Source: Epithemia pelagica
Lineage: Eukaryota > Protista > Bacillariophyta
Assembly (NCBI GenBank): GCA_946965045.2
Contig: OX337242.1
Span: 2,294,001-2,358,000, forward strand
Reading direction: 5' to 3'
Length of the DNA: 64,000 nt
A model generated the notes under the pieces. That model was not told the DNA's origin, made no database searches, and was given only the letters and a program-made list of their open reading frames with translations. A program made the translations under genes and the position numbers. Every line of letters begins with the position of its first letter. Positions within the stretch are counted from its first letter, which is position 1. Below, in pieces: positions 1-11,640 of the stretch.

Positions 1-345
1 GCGACAATACCATTTCTGGACAAGGAGAAAACACAATCATCGACTCTGTGAGCAGGGGATGGGTCTGGCCGAGTTTCCAATGGCTCCAATCTCGACATGA
101 GCTTCTGAATTTGCGACAACCAAACAATACGCGTCTTGAAAAGGGCAAAGAATATGCAACAATGTGGAAAATATATCATGGTGATGTTGATTGTGTCGAA
201 CCTAGAGGAGCTAGGAGTGCCTACCCCCATAGATAATGTCATTCATTCGCCTTCCAGTCGCTTCTAAGTTACGTGCTCTTCGTAAAACCGAACAAAAAGA
301 ACATACAGAACGGAGACAGCAACTTGTACACAAAAATTTATAGTA

Positions 346-1429
346 CCGTAAATAGCGGAACTTAAGAACCACCAAATGTCCTCTTTTCGGGCAAAATGGT
401 TCTTATCTTCCGCAAAATAACAAAAGGGTGACCCCTGAAAATTTTCTTATATCTCCCCTTTATTGTTCTTAAAATTCGGGGGGTGACTGTTCACATCTCT
501 TTGGAATAGGGGGTAGGGGATGCATGTGCACTTAAAACACTAGGTAGTGGGAAGTGGGGGTGAAGGGACATGTCCGACAAAGTGACCAAAGTGGTTCTTA
601 TAGGCTATCTCCACCCGGGGCCGCTAAAGGTCCAAAAACCGCTATCGAACTCCACCATCTCCTCTAACCGCTAAACAGCTCCGCTATCCGCTATTTCTGC
701 CGCTATTTGGGGCCCCGAATAGCGGGGAAAATAGCGGATAGCGGAGCAAAATATAACCGTCGGCATTAATAAATTAACGTCTGCTGCCAACAGTGAAACT
801 TTGAATCTCTCGTGTCGAAAACATGGCAATGGCACGTATTGATTTGTGACGATCGCTTACCATCTCTTTTTCCATTGTTGTGTTCCCTACTTCCTACAAT
901 GGGACAATAACCATGCACAGCAAGATGATTCGAGGATCACGGATAGGAAGGAATGCAACAATCAAACAAATGCATCATTCAAACTATTGATGTGTTCGAT
1001 TATCAGACAAGCAATCGGAAATCGGACAGGGACTACAATAGGACGATTGGACTGCAACCTACAACCTACATCTACATTGGCCATGAACAACAACATGATT
1101 CACCATGACAGTCAACAATGAAGAGGGAAAACAACGAGTCCTCCATCTTTGGTTTATGCTTTGTTGTGCTCTCGTTGATTGTCTTGTTTGAATTCCGCAA
1201 GCCGCACCCCTTTTTAACCGAAACAAGAGAGGGCATATGCGCAATGCGTACGCGCAGCGCGAGATAGCGGCGTTCTTTTAACGGAGATCGTGGAGTTTAT
1301 TTCCCTTTGGCTCCGCTAATCCGCTATCCGGATAGCGAGGCCAATCAGAAAGCCCCAATACGTCAGCATAACGGCGCTCGGGTGGAGATAGCCTTATAAG
1401 CGGTGGTTCTTAAGCTCCGCTATTTACGG
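346..1429. mobile_element. Non-autonomous TIR element (MITE-like, Tc1/mariner-type TA target)
   Basis: 28-bp terminal inverted repeats: CCGTAAATAGCGGAACTTAAGAACCACC (346-373) vs reverse complement of 1402-1429, 1 mismatch. TA on both sides (344-345, 1430-1431). About a dozen internal CCGCTA/TAGCGG motifs; no transposase ORF. Confidence 0.75.
678..747. repeat. 70-bp near-perfect palindrome centred on GGGGCCCC
   Basis: Arm 678-712 matches the reverse complement of 713-747 at 31/35 positions with no loop; built from CCGCTA units. Confidence 0.9.
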
Positions 1430-1814
1430 TAGTTCCAAAGAACGGACCATTAGTACACTACATAATGTCATATTAATTGTACAGGTCTAATACATTCAGA
1501 TTCATAATGGTACACATCAATCTATTGATCATTGTTACTATTGACCAGTAAGTAGTTCCACGAGTTAGATTGTACCCTACAATTTGGATTATACTCATTC
1601 GTGACACATCCCAAATTTTAGATGCTGCATACTGCATACGGGAATCGGTGCGTCGACGTCGACCAAATCCGGATGGGGGAAGATTGTGGCGGAGGTTCCG
1701 AATTCATCTATTCTTTTCGAGCCCACATCTTGCTTTCATTGTCCCAAACAAAGACAGGCCAAACCAAACCATCCGCCATTACGACCCCCATCCACGAAAA
1801 CAACAAACAGCACA

Positions 1815-2519
1815 ATGATTGGTTCCTCTTCTTCTTACAACCAACTAACCACTTCCTCCTCCTTTGACCCAATTTGCTGCGACAGCACCAAGAACAACAG
1901 CACCAAACTCAATCCGGTGGGCGAAAGTCCTTCCTGTTGCATCCAAAGAGTCGTCCTGGGGGAGCAGCAGCAGCCATTTGTCATGTGGCAGCCTCATCAT
2001 CATCCTCCCGAAGCTGGCTGTTCCAGTCCACCACCCTTGGTTCGAACTGCTACATCGCACTCGGACATGGATGAGGTCTTTCCAGTCCTACAACAACAAG
2101 CGTCCAGTGAAGAAACGGGCTACACAACTCCGATACCAACCGCACCACCTCTCTCGACATGGTCTCCCCCGAACTACTACAACCACAACAACAAGTTACA
2201 TTATTATGATTCTACACCAAATGAACAAGCTACCCTCGTCCGACCGATTGGTATATTTCGAAGACGAGCAGACAACAGTCCAACGGAAACAAGAAGAGTA
2301 GAGATGCATGAGCACGAGCATCCGGGACGACCGGTGGTTTTGGATCTGCATCCAGACCTTGTCTTTCGTCCCATTGCCAGTGACCTAGACACTGCCCCAC
2401 CATTGCCCGATCTCAATACCATTACCGACCAAGATGCCAGCTTGGAAGAGTGGTTGTTGCCCCGGTGCCTCGTGTCGGGGGACATTGCATTCCGGCCCAG
2501 TTTGGAACTGAACAAGTAG
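1815..2519 (+). CDS. Hypothetical low-complexity protein (about 234 aa)
   Basis: Open frame of 277 codons with first ATG at 1815; Pro/Ser/Thr/His-rich composition typical of neighbouring genes; no recognisable domain. Confidence 0.35.
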   Translation: MIGSSSSYNQLTTSSSFDPICCDSTKNNSTKLNPVGESPSCCIQRVVLGEQQQPFVMWQPHHHPPEAGCSSPPPLVRTATSHSDMDEVFPVLQQQASSEETGYTTPIPTAPPLSTWSPPNYYNHNNKLHYYDSTPNEQATLVRPIGIFRRRADNSPTETRRVEMHEHEHPGRPVVLDLHPDLVFRPIASDLDTAPPLPDLNTITDQDASLEEWLLPRCLVSGDIAFRPSLELNK

Positions 2520-2773
2520 GCGGTAGTCAAGGACAAGCAAGCAAGCAAGTCGAATCAAAGACTACTCACTGGACACGAGATGACAGTCATCCATCCATCT
2601 TTTCCCACCCCAGTCATTCATTTGTATTGGAAGATGATCCCTGTCAGGACACTATTGTACATTCATTGCCCCTCCCAGCATGCATAGCTTGCCACACCCC
2701 ATGAAGCTATCGCTAGGTTCTCCCCTGTAACGTTAGAATAAGGTTTCCTCCAAGAAGCAAACCACCTCGTTTC

Positions 2774-4355
2774 TCACTGTTTCGTAGTGTTGTCATCATT
2801 CTCGTGATGATACCTTTCCACCACTTGCTTGGTTGGTCTCCCCAGTACAGGAAAAAAGTTATAGGCCGATTGCCACAACTGGCTCGAATCGGACAGTTCC
2901 CGGCTGTTGTTGGAAGGATGGTTGTTTGTCACCCTACTATTAGCATGTCCATTTGCCGTCGTTTTCAGGAATGGAACGTGAATCAAAGACTGCCACAAAC
3001 GACTTGTGGCTGTCGTACCAGCTGCTGCAGCAGGACCTTGTAACAACATTCTTGGGGGTGATGACGAAGATGCCACAGTGGTAGTGTCCTCGTGGAACTG
3101 GTACATGGAATAATGAACCGAGTGCCACAAGTTCTCCGTACTAGTGGTTCGGTTCGGAATGGGAGTTCCCTCTTGTGTATGTGGTGGATCGTTCCAATAG
3201 AAGACGAGAGAGGAATCGGAGAATCCACCACCAATGGTGGTGGTCGTGGAAGTTTGTAGTGGTGTCGGAATAATTTGAGCTCGCGCGGAATGCCATAATC
3301 TACCGTCCGGGTTCCACAACAACGCCGAGTTGTTGTTCTCGTTCTGGTCCTCTTCCTCCAAGTGCCGGGTGGTGCTTTCCGTAGTATCCTCGGTCGAATG
3401 AGTACCGTCGTGTTCCGTTTCGTGCGACTCACAACCAGTCGTCTCCGATTCCCAAACAATTTCAAATTCTTCATCGTCTGGGTGGTGGTGGTGACGAAAC
3501 CCATAGTGGTTCGTTCTCCTCATCAAGGACACTGCTGTCGTCGAATGACTCCAATGACTGAGATTGCTCGTGGCACTACTGGCCGTACTGCTATTTGTCG
3601 TCGTTGTCGTGGTGGTACCCGTAGTACTGGCACGACTGGGGACAGTCGAAACCACCACACCTTCTCCTTGGTCTTGTTGTCGTGAACGCTTGGACCAATG
3701 CATCCATCCGAACCAGAGAGTTCCCCAACCACGCTTGACGACGACAAGTCTGTCGATTTGTTCTTGGTTTTTGGGACATGTCGGGGTGGAGGTGGGCACC
3801 GAGAGTGACTGCCAGAGCATAATCATCCAGGGAACCAAAAAGACTAGCATGCCACACAGAATGATCAAGGTGCCCAGTGGCGGAGCAATTTGGTGGTCCT
3901 TTGTCGTGTTTATTGTTGTGGTGGTTGTGTGAATGGTTTCAAGTGGTATACCATCCACTTGCACCGTCAAGGTATCTACCGGAAATCCATCCGGTTTCTG
4001 GAGTTGCTTTAGCAAGCCTTGCAGCATGCCTGGGTGTCTCGTGAGTGCCTGGTGCACCAACTGGGTGGTATTTTCGAGGGGTACTCCGTTGTTTTCGTTG
4101 TCGTTGGAAGGACCGGTCCATGTGGCGTGCAACGTGGTCGTCACCGAGGTGGAGGAGGAGGAGTCACGTTGTGGTTGTGGTTGCTGTTGGGAGAGGCTGT
4201 TGGGGGAAACGCCCACCGACAAGGAAGAAATCAGTTCCAACTCCATCGTACCGGTAAAATTGGAGAAATTATCACTCGGGTACGCAACCCCCAGAATTTC
4301 GTGCACAAAAAATTCCGTCACGACTTGTGCGTAAACGTGTCGTATTCGATCCAGT

Positions 4356-4386
<31 letters not shown>

Positions 4387-4648
4387 GTTCGGTGGATGGT
4401 CCATTCGTATCATTCCTATGAACGACTTGAACGGTGAGGGCTGGAAAGGTTAGAGTTGTCGTAGGTGTCGTCGTTGTGGCTTGTTGGAGATTGGTGGCGG
4501 CAAGAGGAACTGTGGTGGGTTGTGGATCAAAGACATCGGCAGGAATGGGTTCCACCAAATGCACCAGTACGGCAAGTACGACAAGAACGAGCCAGATTCC
4601 TTGGTTTCCACCTCCTGTAGCCCTCCTTTGGGTGGTGATGACCCCCAT
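2774..4648 (-). CDS. Type I single-pass membrane protein, low complexity (624 aa)
   Basis: First ATG at 4648 (the ORF track start is TTG). Hydrophobic signal-like segment IWLVLVVLAVLVHLV, Asp10 tract, TM LGTLIILCGMLVFLVPWMIMLW, Thr/Ser-rich tail with four LW[HQ]S motifs. Confidence 0.7.
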
Positions 4649-5625
4649 TTTGTTCTTGTTGTTGCCCAAAGCGGCAGCAGAGAACCCACGACGAAGAAGT
4701 CACCGTCAAGCACTAGGAGTACGTGTTGTTGTGGCAATGTCTTCTTGAGGGAATCGATGAGATCATGGTGTGAATACGTGATGCCCGCTTCTCTTTTCTG
4801 GCCTGCAGCTTCGCTCTAAGTCTTGGGTATTTTTGGCCGCACTGCTTCGGCACTCTGGACAAGATTTGGAGGGGAGCGCCAGCGTTCACTTCCAGTGCTC
4901 TAGAGTATCCGAGATTTTTGGTGAGAAACTCTTTCACTCTAGCACGGTATATCGTGCTCGTAGGCATGTGCTCCGTTCCCACATGCATTTCAGAATTCTC
5001 GTTCGACGAAAACAGTGTGTGTTGTGTTCGTTCGGGACAACGAAAAATTGGGATGACCAGCCGGCGTCGGGACATCCGATCAACCAATATAGCCTTCATA
5101 TTGCCCCGCCTCTCAACCGTCTTGATGAAAAATCTTGAATGACATGGAGGTAGGGAGGCTTGCGTCTTGGGGGATTTCGATCAATCAACGATGATGACGG
5201 ATGACGATGACGGGGCGGATGACGAACAAATTCAGAAGTCTCTCTTTGAAAAATGTAAAATGAAGTATAAGGCTCAATGGTGGTCAGGGAATCATGGCAT
5301 CATGAGCATTATGAATGGCCAATCGAACTTACTGACGAAGATACAGTGAATTTCTTCATCTATAGACTACCTACCTAGAAATGTCGAAGCAATATGTAAC
5401 GCGATCTTATTAGCGAATAACCCTTCTTTTAAAAAGATGAGATTTGTGAAGATAATAGGATACCGTCAACCCGGCTCGTTCGGGTTCTGAGCTCATCATT
5501 CACCTTCCTCTTCACTCTATGTGTGGAAAAGAGATTTCGTGTCCGTGTCCGCTCCCAGACGACTCGAATAAGAGCTCGGGTTCCATGTTTCCAAAAAGAG
5601 CAACTGCGATACAAAGCACCATGCC

Positions 5626-7641
5626 TCACTCTCCACCACTTGAATCTCCCTCTTCCTCCTCAGAATCCGTTCCTACATCGCTGTCTTCTGATTTGACCGA
5701 TTCTTTTTCTTCCGTTTCTTCCTCGTCTTCAATGCTGTGATCACTGTCGCCCATGCCGGAACGAATGTCCTCAATGGCAGCCTCGAAATCCGCCACGGTC
5801 ACCATGCATTCGCGTAGCAGCCGTGAGGAGCTACCCAAAGTGTCGCCATTGGCAGCCTCCATAGTCATGGAATCTTCCACAGCTCGTTCCAGCGCTCGAC
5901 TCGCGGCCGCTCTGGAAAGACCTGCTAACGAAGCCCCCGAGAAGCCATCACACTTTTCCGCAAGGGTCTGTAACATCTCATCATATGATACGTCCGTCGT
6001 TGTAGAGTCTTTATCACTTTCACTAATCTTCCCGGCTGACAAACTTAAGCGATTTGCTTGGTGCATATTGTGGGTGTGCACCTTGAGAATACTCACTCGT
6101 TGTTCCGTCGTTCGCGGCGGAGGTACCTCGACTTGAACTTCAAATCGTCCGGGTCGAAGAAGAGCGGGATCGATCAAGCTGCGCTTATTGGTGAGGCCAA
6201 TCACCAAGGTCGGGACACAGAGGGGATCTACGCCATCCATTTTGGCCAAAAGCTGATTGACGACGCTATCTCTTGCTACGCCGGCGTCGCTCTGGTCTCC
6301 ACCCGTGCCTCCACGACCCCCTCGTCGACGAGCAATGGCATCAAACTCATCCATCACGACAACATGCAAGGCCGCGTTCGCAATGGAAGCACCGCCATCT
6401 TGTTCCCCGATTCGAAAAGCATCGTATATATCGGGTGGATTGTCAAAAATTTCACGCAAATTCTTTTCACTGCTTCCCACAAACTTGTCCATCACTTCCG
6501 GTCCAGAAACCACCGTCACGGGACGTAGCGGAGACAATATCTGACCCAACTTGCGCGCCAAGAGTGTTTTTCCGTTGCCAGGCTTTCCGTAAAGCAGCAA
6601 GCCACGGACTGGGCAGATGCCAAGTTCATCCAGCAATCGCGGTGGAGCTGCTAGTGGAGTCCATACGCGACGTTTCACTTCGGCGAGGACGTCATCGAGC
6701 CCGCCAATACCAAGGGATTCTCCTTTAAACGAAGAAGCAGCTCCGGCTCGAGCAACGAGCTCGGCAACCTTATCAGCAGCTTCTTCACTCGTGGCATTGT
6801 CCTCGGGTTGCTGGACTGCACTGGCATCTATGGATGAGGACAGAGCCTTCTCAAGCTCTTTTTTATCATTGCTTGATGAAGTGATCTTCTCAAGCGACTG
6901 ATTCATAACCTGACCCATGAGAAAATCTGGTTTTCCGTTTGCCATGGCTCTCCGACTCAGCGCAGATCGACCTCCTTCCTGCGTGACACTAGAGTCTTTT
7001 GAAGGAGTGACAGGTGTGGCCACTTCTTTTCTCGATTCCTCCCACTTGAGCCTTTCTTCGGCTTGAAGTTTTCGTTCCGAAGCGTCTCCATTCATCGCCG
7101 TGCTGCCCTTGGACCCCTCAACTTGACCTGCCCTGGTTGAGGGCGAAGAGGAGGGCAAGACAATCCCCGCTCGCTGGAACATTCTGCGTGCCCTGAGGAC
7201 AAGTTTTTCATTCTCGGCAAGAGATTCAATTGTCACAAGAATGTTTTGGGCCTGTGTCACGGCAGTCTTTGACCCAGTAAGACTGTACTTGTCGAGAGCG
7301 CTTGTTAAATTATCAATCAAGCCAAGAATGTATTTGTTATTTTTGTCCATATCAATAGAGTCGACTTCGTCTTCAACAGAAGATCCTTCCTGTTCGACAT
7401 CAGGCGTGGGTATGCAGAATAAAGCTGAACTCGATCTGTCTGGAGACGGTCGTCCTCCACATGGACCGCCGTGCTGCGTGTCTGGGACGGTGTTTCGAAA
7501 ATGGCCAACAAACACCGAGTCTTTTTCTTTGGCATGGTCGCTTTGTTTCGCGCGACTTGTTGTGAAAGATGGATTTTGTACCAGAAGAGCTGATCCAACA
7601 AAGAAGAATTGGATGAATGTAAAATACAACGGTGCGATCAT
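5626..7641 (-). CDS. NSF-like AAA+ ATPase with a single AAA domain and an N-terminal signal-like peptide (671 aa)
   Basis: Walker A GKPGNGKT, SGPEVMDKFVGSSEKNLREIF, Walker B VVMDEFDAI, DSVVNQLLAKMDGV, SRH TNKRSLIDPALLRPGRFEVQVEV, as in the NSF/Sec18 D1 domain. First ATG at 7641. Confidence 0.9.
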   Translation of the reverse strand: MIAPLYFTFIQFFFVGSALLVQNPSFTTSRAKQSDHAKEKDSVFVGHFRNTVPDTQHGGPCGGRPSPDRSSSALFCIPTPDVEQEGSSVEDEVDSIDMDKNNKYILGLIDNLTSALDKYSLTGSKTAVTQAQNILVTIESLAENEKLVLRARRMFQRAGIVLPSSSPSTRAGQVEGSKGSTAMNGDASERKLQAEERLKWEESRKEVATPVTPSKDSSVTQEGGRSALSRRAMANGKPDFLMGQVMNQSLEKITSSSNDKKELEKALSSSIDASAVQQPEDNATSEEAADKVAELVARAGAASSFKGESLGIGGLDDVLAEVKRRVWTPLAAPPRLLDELGICPVRGLLLYGKPGNGKTLLARKLGQILSPLRPVTVVSGPEVMDKFVGSSEKNLREIFDNPPDIYDAFRIGEQDGGASIANAALHVVVMDEFDAIARRRGGRGGTGGDQSDAGVARDSVVNQLLAKMDGVDPLCVPTLVIGLTNKRSLIDPALLRPGRFEVQVEVPPPRTTEQRVSILKVHTHNMHQANRLSLSAGKISESDKDSTTTDVSYDEMLQTLAEKCDGFSGASLAGLSRAAASRALERAVEDSMTMEAANGDTLGSSSRLLRECMVTVADFEAAIEDIRSGMGDSDHSIEDEEETEEKESVKSEDSDVGTDSEEEEGDSSGGE

Positions 7642-9998
7642 TGTCAACCAGGTGATGGAGTGCCATGGGCAACTTTTTCTATCGAATGACACTCTCTCTA
7701 TTCTCTATGGTATCCTTTGTATTCGCTTTACTCCGATTTTGTTTTGTGGAGCTGCATTACCCCGTTCGGCGTTCGGGTTTTGTGTCCGCGAAGCATCTTA
7801 TCAACGACGCATTTCCTAAGCTTTGATTATTTAAGCCTTTCATGTGCTGGACATTCTTCTTTTTATAGTAATTGTCACACAGGCAATACTAAAATCATCT
7901 GCGCCCGAATTACTACGAAAGCAACGACCCCACAAACGAAAAAAGGTTCGTGTACTCGGTGCTCGTGCACGCTTGATGGCTGGTGCAACGACGAGAAAGT
8001 TTGGAATTTGGATGGAAGCAACAAGAGGACCATGAACCATGGAGACGGCGAGATCGGATAGAGTCCTGAATTGTGGTGAATGCCAGTGTCTGGATGAGGA
8101 CAACGCAGCACTATGCTGCCCAGAATTCATCCACTCGACCAAGCGAGAAGAAGACGAGACGACAAGAGGACAAGGACGAGCCATCCACAACTCGCCCCAA
8201 AATGTGACATGGAACTTGTCGTCGAAATGCCACAAACAACTCGTCAAACCCAAACGCCGCATGAAACTTGTCCAACTCCTACAAGAAACTCCATCCAACA
8301 AGATGCGGGAGAACAAAAGCAGCAAGCAACTCCAGTGACCTCAACACTCAAGTCTCCCGCATCTCGTTGGATGAGACGACCAATACAACGAACGCAACGA
8401 AGCGACGGACAGCCCGACGAAAACAATCATTTGGTACGGGAGACTCCCTTACTGTAGCCATCTTTTCCAAACGCGACGATCCAACAATACATGTAGTTAT
8501 CCGACATCACTCTGATGATAAACCTCAAACCTATCCTCTCGACGGACGGGGACGACCGACAACGAGACTCGTGCTCCTCCCTGCCTCCTCATACTTGATC
8601 GGATTCGGAACAGTTTACTGCAGAAATCGGTGGAAGTAAGCATACTAGGTAAGCCAACGAACACATGCAACCAACACTACGATGCAGGCAACGAACCAAC
8701 TGTGCAAAGCTACTACCTATCGCGATGCCTCTTTTTGCTTCACTTGACAAAATTCAATCGACAAAATTCCCATGGTCACGAAGTCCCCACCGCTAAGGCG
8801 TGCTGTCATTTCAAGTTTTACGGTAATTGTTAATTGTGTCCCTTTCGAAACACAATGTAAGCTGCGTCGTGGTCCAAACGTCGGGATTGGACATTGGTCA
8901 TTGCCATTTCGAACATCATCGCGAGAGGACAGGCTGTCATCATGACAACCATCAGCAGCAACAGCAGCAGCAGCAGCCAAACGGTGTGTTCCACAGCTTC
9001 CACAATTCGGACCTCCAACATCCAAAACCCAAAGCCATTCTCGATCATCACGGTAGGTAATGGAGTCGGAATATCCCTGGACCAACGGATCCCCAGCGCA
9101 TTCTGACATGTATTTCTTTCTGTGTGTGTTGGAAGCTTTCAAAACGAGCCACAATGTCTCGTTTTCAAACATCTGAACGAGAAATTGCGGAGACCTTTCT
9201 CCGTAACTTGGACGTCGAGCTCGACGATACCCAGCAGCGGTTTTTGGAAATCGCAATTTTTAGTATCCAACGAAACATACAGCTTAGCAATGATGAACAT
9301 GTGGAGCACCCTGTTGTCCGTTGGAATTTTAATGAAACGGGATTGACGGAGGAACATCTTCGTGATCTTATTGATCATGTTCGTCGAAATTCGATCGGCG
9401 ACAATGGCGAGATCCCAACTGATAGCAACAGCCAGAGCTCGAGTGCTGGAGTGTCTTCCTGCTGATCAACAAGAGGAGCTAGGCCGCAACAAGCACGGTG
9501 GAGACTTGAAGGCATGAAGCGGCTGATCAACCAGAAGAGTAAGGCAGAACAAAGTCTCCTAAACTTCCATATGGGAATAGTCTCATAACCTGACATTCGA
9601 CACCGAATCTCTTGAATTGTCGTACAGGGCAAGCCCTTGGACCGAACGATTCATTCTTGTAATCTCTCTGTGTTGTGTATGGTCTTTTTCACCTTTTCAC
9701 ACTTGTACGCGCGCGCTTTGGGTTCGGGTTCATTGTCTGCCAGTTGAAATTGTAGACTCCTTTACCAGAAAGGACCATGGATCATCGAGGTCGGTGTTGA
9801 AAACATTCTCGAGGATGCGACGCATATGCCACATCCTATGGTCTTTAGGATGATGGTCCTTCTCTTGCTTTGTGTCGTTGTCAAATGATGATAATGAAAG
9901 AACGCAAAAGAGTCACAGGGGCATCGTCATTGCTGGGATACTGGCATTCTTCCAGTTCCAAACGTCACCACCACATCTTCCTCCTCCACTCCTACTAA

Positions 9999-11144
9999 CT
10001 ACCTAGCTATAGGTAGGACTCGAGAGTGCCACAACAGGGTTGGCACAGGACGACGCGTTTGCGATGATTCTTGGCGCTGCTGCTGGTCGGTGTCTTCCTC
10101 TTTTGGCGAGGATTGCCACTCCAACCGAAAGTTTGTGTCAGGATGATTGTGGTGGTGATGGGTGTCATCCAAGCTCCCATTGTGGACTTTCTCGACATCT
10201 CGGTCCAGTGCACCCACTACCACCGCATGTGTTGTTGGAGAGGACCAGAAGCTTGTTGTCGTCGTCATTTGGAGTGGTACGGTTGTTGTAGGGTTATCGT
10301 GTTGTGGCGGTTTGTCGAACCTGTCATTCTGGTACGCTCCGTCTCGGGCGACTTCGTGGAACCATGGCGGCATGACTTTTTCCTTCGTCTTCTTGTCGTC
10401 GTTGTCCATGGAGGAAAGAATGGAGGACTTCCATAAACCATGTGGTTCGGTACAACTTCTAGAAGAAGGAGTTCTTTGGAGTGCAGCAGCAATCCGTGGT
10501 GGTGGCATTCGTCGCACGTGATGTTCCTGGTCCATACTGTTCGTAGTAGTTGTTGTCTCTTGTTCCTCCTCGTCCCACACTCGTCCGACTGCATCGTCGT
10601 CCTGGGTTGTCCTCCGGGTGGCGACCGTATCGTCGTCGTCCTCCGGTTTGGTTTCGACCGTTTTGGTTGTGGTTTCTCCTTCTTCTTTGGAGAAGGACAC
10701 GTAGACAATGTTGGTCCACTGCCACGTCCAAATCAACAAGACGACGGACAAGCACAAGAGGATGACCGCCGTCACGAGGCCTACACTCAAGAGATGGGCA
10801 TTCGTAAAAGTGTTGTTGTGGTTGCTGTTGTGGTTGTTGGAGCTTGTGGCGGTTGTGGTTGGTACTGGATTGGGTGCCTGGGTTCGGCTGTTGTGGTTTG
10901 GCCCCGAACCTGTCGCTGCTGCAGCCAGGGTGGCTCCTCCTTCTTGAGTCTCCTCATCATCACCACCGACAACAACCGTCGAATGGCTGCTGGGAACATG
11001 CCACTCCTTCGGGTCATCCTGAAATACGTTGGTGGTGGTGGCAGAGGTATGGGCGACCACCCTTGTGTTCCATGGCAGACTCCAGTAGAACCACAAGTAG
11101 TAGTAGTAAACGGCGGCGGTTTGCATGCTCCAGAGATGCTTCAT
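9999..11144 (-). CDS. Type I single-pass membrane protein, low complexity (about 381 aa)
   Basis: First in-frame ATG at 11144; aromatic/hydrophobic N-terminus; TM LLSVGLVTAVILLCLSVVLLIWTW; tail with LWKS and LWHS motifs; architecture like 2774-4648. Confidence 0.55.
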   Translation of the reverse strand: MKHLWSMQTAAVYYYYLWFYWSLPWNTRVVAHTSATTTNVFQDDPKEWHVPSSHSTVVVGGDDEETQEGGATLAAAATGSGPNHNSRTQAPNPVPTTTATSSNNHNSNHNNTFTNAHLLSVGLVTAVILLCLSVVLLIWTWQWTNIVYVSFSKEEGETTTKTVETKPEDDDDTVATRRTTQDDDAVGRVWDEEEQETTTTTNSMDQEHHVRRMPPPRIAAALQRTPSSRSCTEPHGLWKSSILSSMDNDDKKTKEKVMPPWFHEVARDGAYQNDRFDKPPQHDNPTTTVPLQMTTTTSFWSSPTTHAVVVGALDRDVEKVHNGSLDDTHHHHNHPDTNFRLEWQSSPKEEDTDQQQRQESSQTRRPVPTLLWHSRVLPIAR

Positions 11145-11640
11145 GTTGTTGCTGCTGCTGCAGGTGTTTCCGCAGGAATGCCAGAGCCGCACACCTTTGT
11201 TGTTGGTCCCTGTGTGGGTCTCTCGCCCCTTGTCTGTTTTGTGAGAGACGCAAGAGGCAGCACATTCTCTAAAAGATGCCGTCGCATTCCAGGAAGAATC
11301 GTTGCGTCGTGTTCCCCTCACATCATCATTGGCAGCCAGGGTTTGTTCTGTCACGAGAGATTGAGACACCGTCAAGATTCAGCCTGCGCGTATAAGGGCT
11401 TAAGAAATCCATGCACGTGCTAATCTTAGAGGCTTCATTCTTTAGACGCGTGCACTATACTGGCCACATCGGATTGCTTTGCGCATCTTGGTATCACGAC
11501 GCAAATTTTGGATTGGGTTGGATCTTTTTTCTCTTCTCATCATGGGGAATACCCGGAATGGGAATCTTCATCTCTCTTTTGCTTGCTCCGTACATTCTGG
11601 ACTTGACATTTGACGGTTCTGGGATATAATCTTCTTTGTC

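Noticed and set aside
7840-9632. Several short ORFs, including 9154-9465 (+)
   Set aside because: No motifs, no convincing exon chain and overlapping frames of similar length; cannot be supported without transcript data.
10440-11423. 327-aa plus-strand ORF
   Set aside because: Antisense shadow of the low-complexity minus-strand gene (Val/Gly/Cys-rich mirror of Thr/Asn/Gln codons).
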